From contig CP147778.1 of the NCBI GenBank assembly GCA_037305845.1, positions 1,536,001 to 1,600,000 of the forward strand: a DNA stretch of 64,000 nucleotides, given 5' to 3'. Below, one piece after another: positions 52,260 to 62,203 of this stretch (its first letter is position 1; the number at the start of each line of letters is the position of its first letter). A program made the translations under genes and the position numbers. The DNA comes from Candidatus Freyarchaeum deiterrae (GTDB taxonomy: Archaea > Asgardarchaeota > Jordiarchaeia > Jordiarchaeales > Jordiarchaeaceae). The notes under the pieces were generated by a model that searched no databases, was not told the DNA's origin, and saw only the letters and a list, made by a program, of their open reading frames with translations.

Positions 52260-53469
52260 TTACTTTCTTCCAATCCATCCTATCTCTTTTATAGTTTCGC
52301 CGGTTTCAATAACTTCAAAAGCCTTTTTCAATACATCTTTCTGTTCTTGTACGGTGACATCTCTGCCACCTAGACCTGCTATAAATTCCAGCACAGGCGG
52401 CCTCTTATCCTCTGTATATAGCGCAGCTTTAATCTCAGATGCTGATGCACCGCCTTTTCCTGCTGAAAGGTTTCTGTCTATTACTGAAATAGCTTTAACG
52501 CGACTAGCAATTCTGCGTATCTCCTCTTCAGGAAAAGGTCTAAAAGTCCTCAGCTTCACTGATCCTGCTCTGTAGCCTTCCTCTCTTAACTCGTCGACAG
52601 CTACCATAGCTTGGTCAGCAAGAGAACCCATACAGAAAATCACCGCGTCTGCATCTTGACACCGATATTCTTCGACCAAATCACCGTGATATCTTCCAAA
52701 TTTCTTTTTGAAATCAGAGGCAACCTCCACGATTTTTCTTTTAGCGTTTTCATGTGCTAAATGTATAAGATACTTGAACTCGTAAAACCAATCATCAGGG
52801 TTCTGTAGATTTCCATAAGTAATGGGGTTATCTATGTCTATACCTATATGCGTTGGATTATATGGAGGAATGAAAGCGTCAACCTCTTCTTGTTCTGGAA
52901 TCACGACTGGTTGAGAGGTATGACTAATAGTGAATCCCTCATAACAAACCATCATTGGTAGAAGAATCTCTTGATCTTCTGCAATTTTAAATGCTTGTAT
53001 AATTGAATCGAACGCGTCCTGATGATTGGCACAATAAACTTGCATCCAGCCAGTATCTCTTTGAGAAACCGAATCGTTGTGATCCGACCAGATGTTCCAA
53101 GGTGGTCCTAAAGCTCTATTAACTACAGCCATAACAATAGGCAAACGCGAAGACGCAGCCCAGTGAACCATCTCATGCATATAGATTAAACCGTGGGCAG
53201 AAGTAGCGGTAAACGTTCTAACCCCAGCGAGAGAAGCGCCGACGCAAGCTGCTAAAGCAGAATGCTCAGATTCGACACGCACAAATTTGGCATTCAATTC
53301 GCCACCATCAACAAGGTCCGACAACTTCTCTACAATACCAGTCTGCGGCGTTATTATCCCCGAACAAGAATCTTGCTCAGTTTGGATAAGCCGCTATAAC
53401 TGCGGGTCTCGATAAAGCAGCAGCGTAAGCCGCAGCATAATTTCCGGTTGTTATCACAGTTTTTGCCAT
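52260..53469 (-). CDS. porA: 2-oxoacid:ferredoxin oxidoreductase alpha subunit, split by a BHB intron: join(53382-53469, 52260-53353), 393 aa
   Basis: Exon 1 MAKTVITTGNYAAAYAAALSRPAVIAAYP; exon 2 continues ITPQTGIVEKL...ESEHSA, TATSAHG, GLGGRD; ATG overlaps the upstream gene's TAA (TAATG). Confidence 0.9.
53354..53381 (-). other. 28-nt BHB intron in porA mRNA
   Basis: Sense strand: gcggctt ATCC AA|A ctgagcaaga t tcttgttcgg GGAT AA|T aacgccgc, a full helix-bulge-helix-bulge-helix; cutting after the 2nd nt of each bulge restores TAT CCA ATA ACG CCG. Confidence 0.85.
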
Positions 53470-54398
53470 TACGCTTCCTCCTTTTCTCTAACTGAGTGCA
53501 TGTTCTTTTTTGGACAAACAGATGCACAAACGCCACAACCTTTACAATAGGTATAATTAATTACAGGATATCCTTCCTCGTCAACACTAATCGCGTTTTC
53601 TGGGCAGAACATCCAACAAGCCAAACAACCATTACATTCTTCTCGATCATAAACTGGTTTAAAAACTCTCCACTCACCAGTTATTCCCATACTTGCCTCT
53701 GAAGGTTTGGAAACTGGTATCGGCGGCAGATCACCCCAAGTCTGAAATTGTGAAACTCTCACCCGCCTGGAAACAGGCATACTGCCCTCAATGTACTGCT
53801 CCTCCGGCACAACATGTTCCACTGTCTTTTCATAAGCTTTTTCAACTGCCTTAAGATTCTTTTCGCCTTCACCACCACTAAATATGCCACTTAAGGCCTC
53901 CAACATAGAATCCAAACTGATTAACCCCGTAGCCTTCGCAAAAGCACCGAGCATGGGTGTGGCAGAAAGTGCCAGCCCCGCCACTTCCAAACCAAATTCT
54001 ATAGAAGTAGAAGTAGCGTCCACAGTAAAAATTTTGGCACCCTTAGGAAGTTTTCCAATCTTGCTAACGGTGTCAGAGTTACCTGGAGTATTAATCACAA
54101 GGATTCCGTCAGTTTTTAAACCATCAGTAATGTTAACCATACCAGATTCAAACAATGTGGGATCAACAACAATCACAATATCAGGAGTATATACATTAGA
54201 ATGGATTCGAATCGGCTCTTTTGAAAACCTTGTATAGGCTGCCACAGGAGCACCACGGCGTTCAGCGCCGAAAAAGGGTATTGTTTGGACTCCTTGGAAG
54301 CCTTCATGGAACGCTGCCTCAGCCAATGTTCTGGCAGCTGTTACTGTGCCCTGGCCACCGCGTCCATGCCATCGTGTCTCGTAAACTTTAGCAGGCAT
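53469..54398 (-). CDS. 2-oxoacid:ferredoxin oxidoreductase gamma-delta fusion
   Basis: HGRGGQG, FGAERRGAPV, then TGEWR and two CxxCxxxCP motifs. Confidence 0.92.
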   Translation of the reverse strand: MPAKVYETRWHGRGGQGTVTAARTLAEAAFHEGFQGVQTIPFFGAERRGAPVAAYTRFSKEPIRIHSNVYTPDIVIVVDPTLFESGMVNITDGLKTDGILVINTPGNSDTVSKIGKLPKGAKIFTVDATSTSIEFGLEVAGLALSATPMLGAFAKATGLISLDSMLEALSGIFSGGEGEKNLKAVEKAYEKTVEHVVPEEQYIEGSMPVSRRVRVSQFQTWGDLPPIPVSKPSEASMGITGEWRVFKPVYDREECNGCLACWMFCPENAISVDEEGYPVINYTYCKGCGVCASVCPKKNMHSVREKEEA

Positions 54399-54648
54399 TT
54401 ACGTACCTCCAAGCTGAAGTGTTCTTATCTTAAATTGTTTGATTTATTAGGGATACACAATTTTGTACTTAAAACAGTTTTGGGTAATAAAATTTAACTA
54501 GATAGGAGAGACACAAAACATTTTTAACACTTAAAATTTACGCAAGAGGGCTGAAAACAAATATGCAACCGTCATTACGCACTAACTTTTTAAGTAAACA
54601 ATCTTTTGTTTTACCACTCAAAAAGCTAAGAGAAAGGGAATTAGAAAA

Positions 54649-55560
54649 ATGGCATATAAAGCACTACATGCTGAAGCTTCTGAGGAGCTTTGGCTACCAG
54701 GAAGTTCCGCATGTCAAGGATGCGGGTCAACACTGGCTTTGAGATGGGTTCTAAAAGCTTTAGGAAAAAAAACCGTCGTGGTAGCACCCGCCTCCTGCGC
54801 GAACGTTTATGTCGGATGGTGGCCCCGTTCATCTGCGGGCGTGACATATTTCGACATGGCATTCGCCGCCGGCGGAGCCGCGGCTTCAGGAATTGCAGCA
54901 GCCCTAGACTATCTGAACAGGAAAGATATTACTGTATTAACATGGGCAGGCGACGGAGGATCGGTAGATATCGGGATTCAGGCGTTGAGCGGTGCCGCTG
55001 AGAGAGGTACTAATTTCATTTACATATGTTACGACAACGAAGCTTACATGAATACGGGAACTCAGAGAAGTGGCTCTACTCCACTAGGTGCTTGGACCAC
55101 TACGACGCCCTTCGGTAAAAAACAAAAAAAGAAGGACTTAGCCATGATCATGGCTGCTCACAATATTCCTTATGTTGCCACTGCAACGCCTAGCTATCCA
55201 AAGGACCTTTATGAAAAAGTGAAAAAGGCGAAGGATATAGAAGGCACTAAGTACATTCACATTCTGGCGCCTTGTCCTCCTGGCTGGCGGTTTGATACCG
55301 AGTTAATAGTGGATATTGGCAAATCAGCTGTAGAGACAGGTATGTGGGTTCTTTATGAGATTGAGAACGGCAAATTCAAATTGAGCTCTCCTAGTGAGCG
55401 ATTGTTAGATCCATCAAAAAGGAAACCAATTGAGGAATACATTAGACTTCAGGGTAGGTTCAAGGACATTAAGGACGAGGAAATCCAAGAACTCCAGCGT
55501 GGAGTTAATGAACAGTGGGAAAAGTATAAGAAAATGGAAGAAGGCTGCGGCACATTTTAA
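54649..55560 (+). CDS. porB: 2-oxoacid:ferredoxin oxidoreductase beta subunit
   Basis: ACQGCG, GDGG, YDNEAYMNTG, PCPPGW. Confidence 0.93.
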   Translation: MAYKALHAEASEELWLPGSSACQGCGSTLALRWVLKALGKKTVVVAPASCANVYVGWWPRSSAGVTYFDMAFAAGGAAASGIAAALDYLNRKDITVLTWAGDGGSVDIGIQALSGAAERGTNFIYICYDNEAYMNTGTQRSGSTPLGAWTTTTPFGKKQKKKDLAMIMAAHNIPYVATATPSYPKDLYEKVKKAKDIEGTKYIHILAPCPPGWRFDTELIVDIGKSAVETGMWVLYEIENGKFKLSSPSERLLDPSKRKPIEEYIRLQGRFKDIKDEEIQELQRGVNEQWEKYKKMEEGCGTF

Positions 55561-55779
55561 AACAAGTAGTTATTTTTTAGAGCAGCCTCTAACTTTGCCA
55601 CCTTTTTTGAGGTATATTTATTAGTAACATATATTCCAAATTTTATTATCCCAAAATTAACGGAATAGGCGAATCTATCTGCCGAATCAAAATATTAACT
55701 TATCGTACTCTTTATAGGATGTTTTACTCCAAATAATTTGGAGGCTCCTATAGCAGTAGGGTACTTTCAGAGGTGTACT

Positions 55780-56055
55780 GTGTTGTCTGAGGAAAATACA
55801 ATTTTCATTGGAAGTAAAGGTGTTATGGCTTATGTTTTAGCCTGCGTTACGCAGTTAAACAAGGGCAATAAGGACATTGTGTTAAAAGCAAGAGGTAGAG
55901 CTATTAGTCGAGCTGTTGATGTTGCAGAAATTTTGCGAACCAGATTCGTAAGCGATCTCAAGGTAAAGGAAATTAAAATAAGCACAGAGCAAATCAAAGA
56001 GTCCGAGGGAGGCACCGCGAACGTTTCTGCTATAGAGATCAGTCTGGGCAAGTAA
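55780..56055 (+). CDS. albA: DNA/RNA-binding protein Alba
   Basis: [33 protein letters not shown]; GAGGTG RBS. Confidence 0.96.
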   Translation: MLSEENTIFIGSKGVMAYVLACVTQLNKGNKDIVLKARGRAISRAVDVAEILRTRFVSDLKVKEIKISTEQIKESEGGTANVSAIEISLGK

Positions 56056-56266
56056 AGAATTCAAATGCATTGACTAGGATTCAAGTATTTTTATTTCCAA
56101 CTGCTCTCATGATTGAATCAAGAGGTATATGGTCAGAGCAGCCAGTATAGAGATTTGAAAAAGTATAGGAAAACCTGCATGAAGAGCAGTTTTTTGTTTT
56201 CTTTTTTGTTAAGGAAGAAAAATCAAATAGGGAATTGTAGGTGCTGACTTTTCGTTTGTGGTCGGC

Positions 56267-57190
56267 TTAAGTTAAATTCTGTAATTTAATTAATTCTTCC
56301 CATTTTTTATCAACGTAGTCCTGCATCTCTTGTATTAATGATTCTTGACGTTTTGGCTTGAATAAGTGACTGAACTTACCCTGGTATTTTAGGTACTCTT
56401 CAACCGGCTTTTTCTTAACAATATCCTTCGTTATTTTGTACTTTCCGTTTTCAACCTCGTAAAGTGGCCAGTAACGGGTAAGTACAGCTTCTCTAGCTAT
56501 CTCTATTGTTAATTCTGATTCAGTTCTCCATCCTCTAGGACAGGGAGCCAAAATTATTATGAATGAGGGGCCTTCAACCGCAACCGCTTTACGAACTTTT
56601 TTTATCAAGTCTAAGGGGTAGGCCGGGTTCGCAGTAGCGGCGTAGGGGATGTCATGCGCAACCACAATTTTCATAATATCCTTCTGAAATCGAACTTTAC
56701 CTGGGGTTACTTTACCCGTAGGGCTGGTCGTTGTCCACCCAAACTTTGGTGTAGCACCGCTCTGTTGAATACCGGTGTTCATGTACGCTTCATTAGTATA
56801 ACAAATGTACGTAAAATTATGACCCCGCTCCAACGCACCAGACAAAGCCTGCAAACCGATATCATATGTGCCGCCGTCTCCAGCTATAGCGATTACACGA
56901 TTATTCGTCTTCGGAATTCTGCCTTTATGTTGTAGAACTTTAAGTCCCACTTCCACGCCGGATGCCGCCGCGGCGGTGCACTCGAAAGCGGTATGTATCC
57001 AAGGGACGCTCCATGCCGTGTAGGGGTAGGGCGTAGTTGCTACTTCAACGCAGCTTGTAGCGTTAACTATTATGGGGGGTTTTTCAAGAGCCGTGAATAC
57101 TTGTCTTAGTGTTATTGCAGCTCCACAACCCGAACACAATCTATGTCCTGGTGTAAAATATTCTTGTGTAGGTAAACTTTTTAGGGACAT
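56267..57190 (-). CDS. porB: Pyruvate/2-ketoisovalerate oxidoreductase beta subunit
   Basis: GHRLCSGCG, GDGG, NEAYMNTG, PCPRGW. Confidence 0.93.
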   Translation of the reverse strand: MSLKSLPTQEYFTPGHRLCSGCGAAITLRQVFTALEKPPIIVNATSCVEVATTPYPYTAWSVPWIHTAFECTAAAASGVEVGLKVLQHKGRIPKTNNRVIAIAGDGGTYDIGLQALSGALERGHNFTYICYTNEAYMNTGIQQSGATPKFGWTTTSPTGKVTPGKVRFQKDIMKIVVAHDIPYAATANPAYPLDLIKKVRKAVAVEGPSFIIILAPCPRGWRTESELTIEIAREAVLTRYWPLYEVENGKYKITKDIVKKKPVEEYLKYQGKFSHLFKPKRQESLIQEMQDYVDKKWEELIKLQNLT

Positions 57191-57195
57191 AGTTT

Positions 57196-58407
57196 TTACG
57201 CTCCATCATAAGTTACGTTTATACATCCTGGGCCTCTGCAGCCCACGATTTTGTAGTTCTCTTCAATCTTGTCTTTTTTGGCAACTTCGAGAAGTATTTC
57301 GGAAACTTTTTCGAAATGTTCGGTTCTTGTGTCTCTCCCGCCAAGGCCTGTGGGGAACCCCATAATATGGGGGCGGTCTTTGAGCTCATATAATGCGGAT
57401 CTTGCTTCCATACTCAGTGCGCCACCCATTGATCCGAAACTAATGTTTCGATCTATTACTCCAACAGCCTTTATGTTTTTGAGTGATTTTTGTAAGTCCT
57501 CGACTGGGAAGGGGCGGAATACTCGAAGTTTAAGGAGGCCTATCTTTTTCCCCTCTTTTCGCAGCTTATTAACTGCTTCTTGGGCGGTTCCTGCTAGTGA
57601 TCCTATGGTTAATAATGCGACTTCTGCGTCCTCCATTTTGTATTGAGAAATGACCTCGTAATTTGTGTCGAATCTGTTGTTGAAGTCGCTGAATACTTTT
57701 TTGATGACTTTTAGAGAGTTTTGTGTGGCTACTTCTTGTTGGACTTTGATTTCGGGGTAGTATTCGGGCCCGCCGACGCATCCAACTGTTACTGGGTTAT
57801 CTACATCTACTGAGGTATCTGCTTCTCGGAGGGGTAGAAAGTCGTCGATATCTTCTTGATCCAGAAGTTCTAAACCCTCTGTGGCGTGGCTTACGATGAA
57901 GCCGTCGTGGCAGGACATTACCGGTAGCAGGGTGCCTTTGTCTTCCGCTATTCTGTATGCCTGTATGATGGCGTGGTATGATTCTTGGGCGTTCTGGTTA
58001 TAGATTTGTATCCAGCCTGAGTCTCTCACTCCCATGGAGTCGCTCATGTCGTTCCAGATGCTCAGAGGGCTGTTCAATGCTCTGTTGGATACTCCCATAA
58101 CTATTGGTAGTCTAAAAGAAGAGGCGATAAACATCATCTCAAACATCAGAGCAATTCCTTGAGAGGCGGAGGCGGTGAATACTCTTGCTCCAGTCAGAGA
58201 GGCGCCTATACATGCTGCCATTGCTGAATGTTCGGATTCCGCGGATATAAGCTCGGCGTCGATTTCACCATTTGCATAATACTGAGCTAATTCTTCAACG
58301 ATCTGGGTTTGGGGAGTTATGGGGTACATGGCGATTACGTCCGGTCTGCATTGTTTTACCGAATGGGCTACAGCTTCATTTCCAGTTAATGCGGTTAGTT
58401 TTGCCAT
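57196..58407 (-). CDS. porA: Pyruvate/2-ketoisovalerate oxidoreductase alpha subunit (uninterrupted)
   Basis: TGNEAVA, YPITPQT, ESEHSA, GLGGRD. Confidence 0.95.
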   Translation of the reverse strand: MAKLTALTGNEAVAHSVKQCRPDVIAMYPITPQTQIVEELAQYYANGEIDAELISAESEHSAMAACIGASLTGARVFTASASQGIALMFEMMFIASSFRLPIVMGVSNRALNSPLSIWNDMSDSMGVRDSGWIQIYNQNAQESYHAIIQAYRIAEDKGTLLPVMSCHDGFIVSHATEGLELLDQEDIDDFLPLREADTSVDVDNPVTVGCVGGPEYYPEIKVQQEVATQNSLKVIKKVFSDFNNRFDTNYEVISQYKMEDAEVALLTIGSLAGTAQEAVNKLRKEGKKIGLLKLRVFRPFPVEDLQKSLKNIKAVGVIDRNISFGSMGGALSMEARSALYELKDRPHIMGFPTGLGGRDTRTEHFEKVSEILLEVAKKDKIEENYKIVGCRGPGCINVTYDGA

Positions 58408-58410
58408 TTT

Positions 58411-58701
58411 TTATTCTTCCTCCATTTCTATCGCTTTCACAGGGCATTCTTGGCAACATATTCCACAACCTTTGCAGTAAAAATAATTAATTTTGACCTT
58501 GTTTTCCTCTCTTTCTATGGCTCCTTCAGGGCAGTAAATCCAGCATAGTAGACAGTTGTTGCATTTGTTTTCTTTTAGTACAGGTTTTTTTCCTTCTCTC
58601 CAGTCGCCGGTTTTGTATTCTCTGGCATTACCTGACTCTGTGATGTACCCACCTTTGGGAATCTCGTTCCAAGATTTTAGTTTCTTTTCAGATTCGCTCA
58701 A
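58411..58701 (-). CDS. porD: Oxidoreductase delta subunit (ferredoxin-like)
   Basis: TGDWR, two CxxCxxxCP motifs. Confidence 0.93.
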   Translation of the reverse strand: MSESEKKLKSWNEIPKGGYITESGNAREYKTGDWREGKKPVLKENKCNNCLLCWIYCPEGAIEREENKVKINYFYCKGCGICCQECPVKAIEMEEE

Positions 58702-59255
58702 CCCATCTTTACCTCCTCATACGCCCTTTTTATCGCATTTATGTTTTTTTCCGCCAAGTCTTGTCTGAATCTTTCTTTGGTCACCTCAATGATGGTGTTC
58801 AAACTTACGATTCCTGTAGCTTTTGCTAAGGCTCCTAGGATGGAAGTATTGGTTATTGAATTGCCTAGGGTTTCCACTGCGATTTTTGTTGCGTTAATTG
58901 TTGCAACCTTGTTATTTACTTTCAACTCGGATTTTATTTGAGGGGGATTTTTATCGGTGTTAACGATTATGATTCCGTCTTTCTTCAGACCCTCTGTGAC
59001 TTTTTCAACTTTTAGTAGTGTGGGATCCAGTACAACAACGATATCAGGGTCGTAGATCTGCGATCTGTTAAGTATCGGCTCATCACTTACTTTGGTGAAT
59101 GCCTTTATTGGTGCCCCTTTTCTCTCTGCTCCAAAGCTCGGAAAACCTTGAGCCATTTTTCCTTCCTTTATAGCAGCTTCTGTAACCAGTCTACTTGCAG
59201 TGACTACTCCTTGTCCTCCTCTACCATGGAATCTAATTTTAATAACATCGCCCAA
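58698..59255 (-). CDS. porG: Oxidoreductase gamma subunit
   Basis: HGRGGQG, FGAERKGAP, ILGALAKATG. Confidence 0.93.
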   Translation of the reverse strand: MGDVIKIRFHGRGGQGVVTASRLVTEAAIKEGKMAQGFPSFGAERKGAPIKAFTKVSDEPILNRSQIYDPDIVVVLDPTLLKVEKVTEGLKKDGIIIVNTDKNPPQIKSELKVNNKVATINATKIAVETLGNSITNTSILGALAKATGIVSLNTIIEVTKERFRQDLAEKNINAIKRAYEEVKMG

Positions 59256-59491
59256 AGGGTTTCCTCCAACTTTTTTAGAATAATTTTCTTTGGTGTTATT
59301 CCCCTATGATTGTTAACTTCGAAGAGGTCTTTTGTTTATAATGAATTCAGATTATCGGGGGTATTAAATCGTTATGCTAAAAATGTGGGTTATGCATAGA
59401 ACAGTTTACGCTCACTTTTTTTAAGTATTACGCTTTTCATCATCTTTTTGGAGCATCTACTAGTGCGATTTTTATTTATTTAAATACCTTT

Positions 59492-61336
59492 TTATAAAAC
59501 AAAGAGCAAAAATTGAAGTAGGATGTTCAGTAAAGCCGCTGAGACTAATATTAAAAGTGATTTCTTCGCGGTTGAAACAGATTTTAATATTTGAGAAGTC
59601 AGAATTTCCATCTGTTTTTCGCCAACGATTTTGATTTTCTCCACATTTTTTATACTGTAAGCTACTTTCACTGGCTGAACTTTTACCAGTGCTTCTTTTA
59701 CCATGTTTGTGATGGTTTTTATCAGTTTTTTATGGTCCCCAACCAACCCTACAGGGTTATACCCCCTGGGATTTAGAGATACAGCATTAACAATGTGGGT
59801 ATCGCTGGTCATTGCTTCCGCTTCATCAACGCCTGTTTTTTTAACTACTTCAAGTATTTCTTCCCTTAACCCAGGAATCATATTATTACCATCGATTATA
59901 ATGTACGCAGTTTTTTGCCCTTCAACTTCAACCACATAAACTGTGGTGCCTGTAGGCCCTATACCCTCCCATTTATCAGAATCGCTGGGGGCTGATTGAA
60001 CAGCGTAAACTTTGAATTTTGTGCTCATTTTGGATTTTGCCTGTTTAACCGCCATTTTCGCAGCGTAAATCATCTTTTTTGCAGTTTCGGTGTTTGATGA
60101 AACAGCGTCCACGGTTTCGCCGCCACAATTATGGGCATCGATTAGAAAGGCGTCCTTTATCCCTTCACTTAAAGCCGCCTCTCTTATCTTTTCTCCTAAA
60201 TCTGGAGTTATATCATCAAAACTCATGGGTGCTAATGTAGCTACCAGCAGAGCAAGATTCCCAAAAATTTGACAGCCCATTTTCACTTCATCTTTTTCAT
60301 ATCTAACAAATTGACTGGCTTCCGATACAAAACTAGTTTGCTCTAAAGAACTCTCAACTGTTCTTAAAACCTTTTCAATTTCTTTAGCCGCGACCAAATT
60401 TTGTCCGTGTGTTGAAGGGCCGTGTGCTACGGAAGCAACAGCCCCCGTTTTTTTCTCTATCTGCTTTGCCACAATATATGGCATTTCGCTACTTCCGACA
60501 GTTTTGAATGGGCCTGGATGAATGTTTGGAACCACCAATACCCCCCTCAAGGCCTCCAAATCTTTGAATAATAATGTAAGCACTGGGAGCGACGTGGTTT
60601 CTCCAATCTTTTCAAAATTTTCTTCCATCAAATCTGATTTGTTTTCTATCCAGTCTAAAAGAAAGCCGTAAAAAAATCTTAATCCTTTTACCCCTAAACC
60701 CTTGAGTATAGGCCTGTTCACCAACCAAAGGTATACTAGGGTAGCCACACCAAATACAGCTGAAGTAATTGCAAACATTATTGCAATCTGGACTATTTCA
60801 GGAATTGAATAAGAAGGAAACATTTCAAAAAGTAAAAATGCAACTACGCAAATCACAGGCTGTGAAAAAGCCGCCGCTAGCGGTCTAAGAATACTAAACT
60901 CGGTCATTACGTAGAGTACCAAGAGCCTTACCATGAATATAAAAGAGACCCCGAAAATAAACGCTACAGAAACTATGATAGAGATATTTGTGAACCGAAA
61001 TAGTATAGCCCCAATGAAATAAGCTATTCCTAAAAAGAGTACGCATATAAAGGATAATGCAGTTAACCTCCGACTATCCCAAACACTTCTATTACCCCTC
61101 ATTAGAGAAAGCGTTATTGGAATCGATAGAATGGTAGGAATAAATAGTATAGAAGCCCCTTCAATGATCCCCACTAGTACATTACTTTCAAGCGGCAGAG
61201 CAAGGTAAACAATAACCCTAGCAATAACTCCGATAATTAGGGATGTCACTAAAGAAAATATCAACAATTTTTTCATCGAAGGCAATTGAAATAGCCACTT
61301 ATATAATGAAGCAGTTTGTTCTATAGAAGTACTCAT
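59492..61336 (-). CDS. DUF2070-family membrane protein
   Basis: N-terminal TMs; HPGPF, HGPSTH, DAHN, DGNNM, TSDTH. Confidence 0.85.
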   Translation of the reverse strand: MSTSIEQTASLYKWLFQLPSMKKLLIFSLVTSLIIGVIARVIVYLALPLESNVLVGIIEGASILFIPTILSIPITLSLMRGNRSVWDSRRLTALSFICVLFLGIAYFIGAILFRFTNISIIVSVAFIFGVSFIFMVRLLVLYVMTEFSILRPLAAAFSQPVICVVAFLLFEMFPSYSIPEIVQIAIMFAITSAVFGVATLVYLWLVNRPILKGLGVKGLRFFYGFLLDWIENKSDLMEENFEKIGETTSLPVLTLLFKDLEALRGVLVVPNIHPGPFKTVGSSEMPYIVAKQIEKKTGAVASVAHGPSTHGQNLVAAKEIEKVLRTVESSLEQTSFVSEASQFVRYEKDEVKMGCQIFGNLALLVATLAPMSFDDITPDLGEKIREAALSEGIKDAFLIDAHNCGGETVDAVSSNTETAKKMIYAAKMAVKQAKSKMSTKFKVYAVQSAPSDSDKWEGIGPTGTTVYVVEVEGQKTAYIIIDGNNMIPGLREEILEVVKKTGVDEAEAMTSDTHIVNAVSLNPRGYNPVGLVGDHKKLIKTITNMVKEALVKVQPVKVAYSIKNVEKIKIVGEKQMEILTSQILKSVSTAKKSLLILVSAALLNILLQFLLFVL

Positions 61337-61630
61337 AGACTACCCTTCCAAAGTTAATAATGAACGGGGGCGCAACCTTTTTTCTTTAGCCATTGAAGTC
61401 GGGGCATTATTAAATTTTGCCCAGACAATTCCTCTATATAAACAATGACCTCAATTGTTAGAAGTTCAAAAAGCTATGCACTCTAATAGTATAAAAGTTA
61501 ACTTTAGCCTCCTGCTCAAGAAGGTTTCAAAACTTTGAGGTAATTTTAATTAAATAGTTACTTTTATGAACCAAATTAGTTAAAAAAACATTAATTTACC
61601 AAGATGAAATATTAAATTGGAGGGATTTTA

Positions 61631-62059
61631 ATAGCCGGTTATCGTTTTCTGGGGCACACAGCAGATGTTAAAGTAGAAGCCTATGGTAAAACAATCAATG
61701 AAGCCTTTCAAGAAGCAGCCCTGGCGCTAACCGAAGTAATGACAGACACATCGAAAATACACCCAATAATAAAGCGAAAAATAGAAATTGAAGCCGAAGA
61801 TCCACAATCCTTACTCTACGAATGGCTAGAGGAATTCATTTATCTATTTGATTCCCAGGGACTAATTTTCTCAAAGTTTAACGTCGAAAACATCCAACAA
61901 ACAGAAGGAAAATTAAAACTAAACGGAGAAGCCGCCGGAGAAGAATACGATGAAGAGAAACACCCACAAAGAACCGCAATAAAAGCAGCAACATACCATG
62001 AAATGAAAATCAAACAATCCCCAAAAAAAACAATTTTAGAATTTGTATTGGACATTTAA
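61631..62059 (+). CDS. Archease (RtcB tRNA-ligase cofactor), probable ATA start
   Basis: In-frame N-terminal GYRFLGHTADVKVEAYG upstream of the tracked ORF; LLYEWLEE, IKAATYH, VLDI. Confidence 0.88.
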   Translation: MAGYRFLGHTADVKVEAYGKTINEAFQEAALALTEVMTDTSKIHPIIKRKIEIEAEDPQSLLYEWLEEFIYLFDSQGLIFSKFNVENIQQTEGKLKLNGEAAGEEYDEEKHPQRTAIKAATYHEMKIKQSPKKTILEFVLDI

Positions 62060-62106
62060 TTTATGCCAAATCCATGCTTTTGAAACTCAAATTTACAAGA
62101 AAGATA

Positions 62107-62203
62107 TGGCGCAGGGAGAGGGATTCGAACCCCCGCATCCCTTACGGGATACTGGCTCTCAAGGCCTACGCTTGAAGGAGATTCCTCATTCAATCAGCGC
62201 CGT
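62107..62203 (-). tRNA. 3' portion (nt ~21-76) of tRNA-Ser(UGA) with a 29/30 BHB intron (62166-62194); nt 1-20 absent
   Basis: ACGGC G CTGGC CTTGAGA GCCAG, long variable arm ATCCC GTAA GGGAT, GGGGG TTCGAAT CCCTC, TCCCTGC G CCA; no matching GCAGGG(A/G) acceptor strand upstream. Confidence 0.8.
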
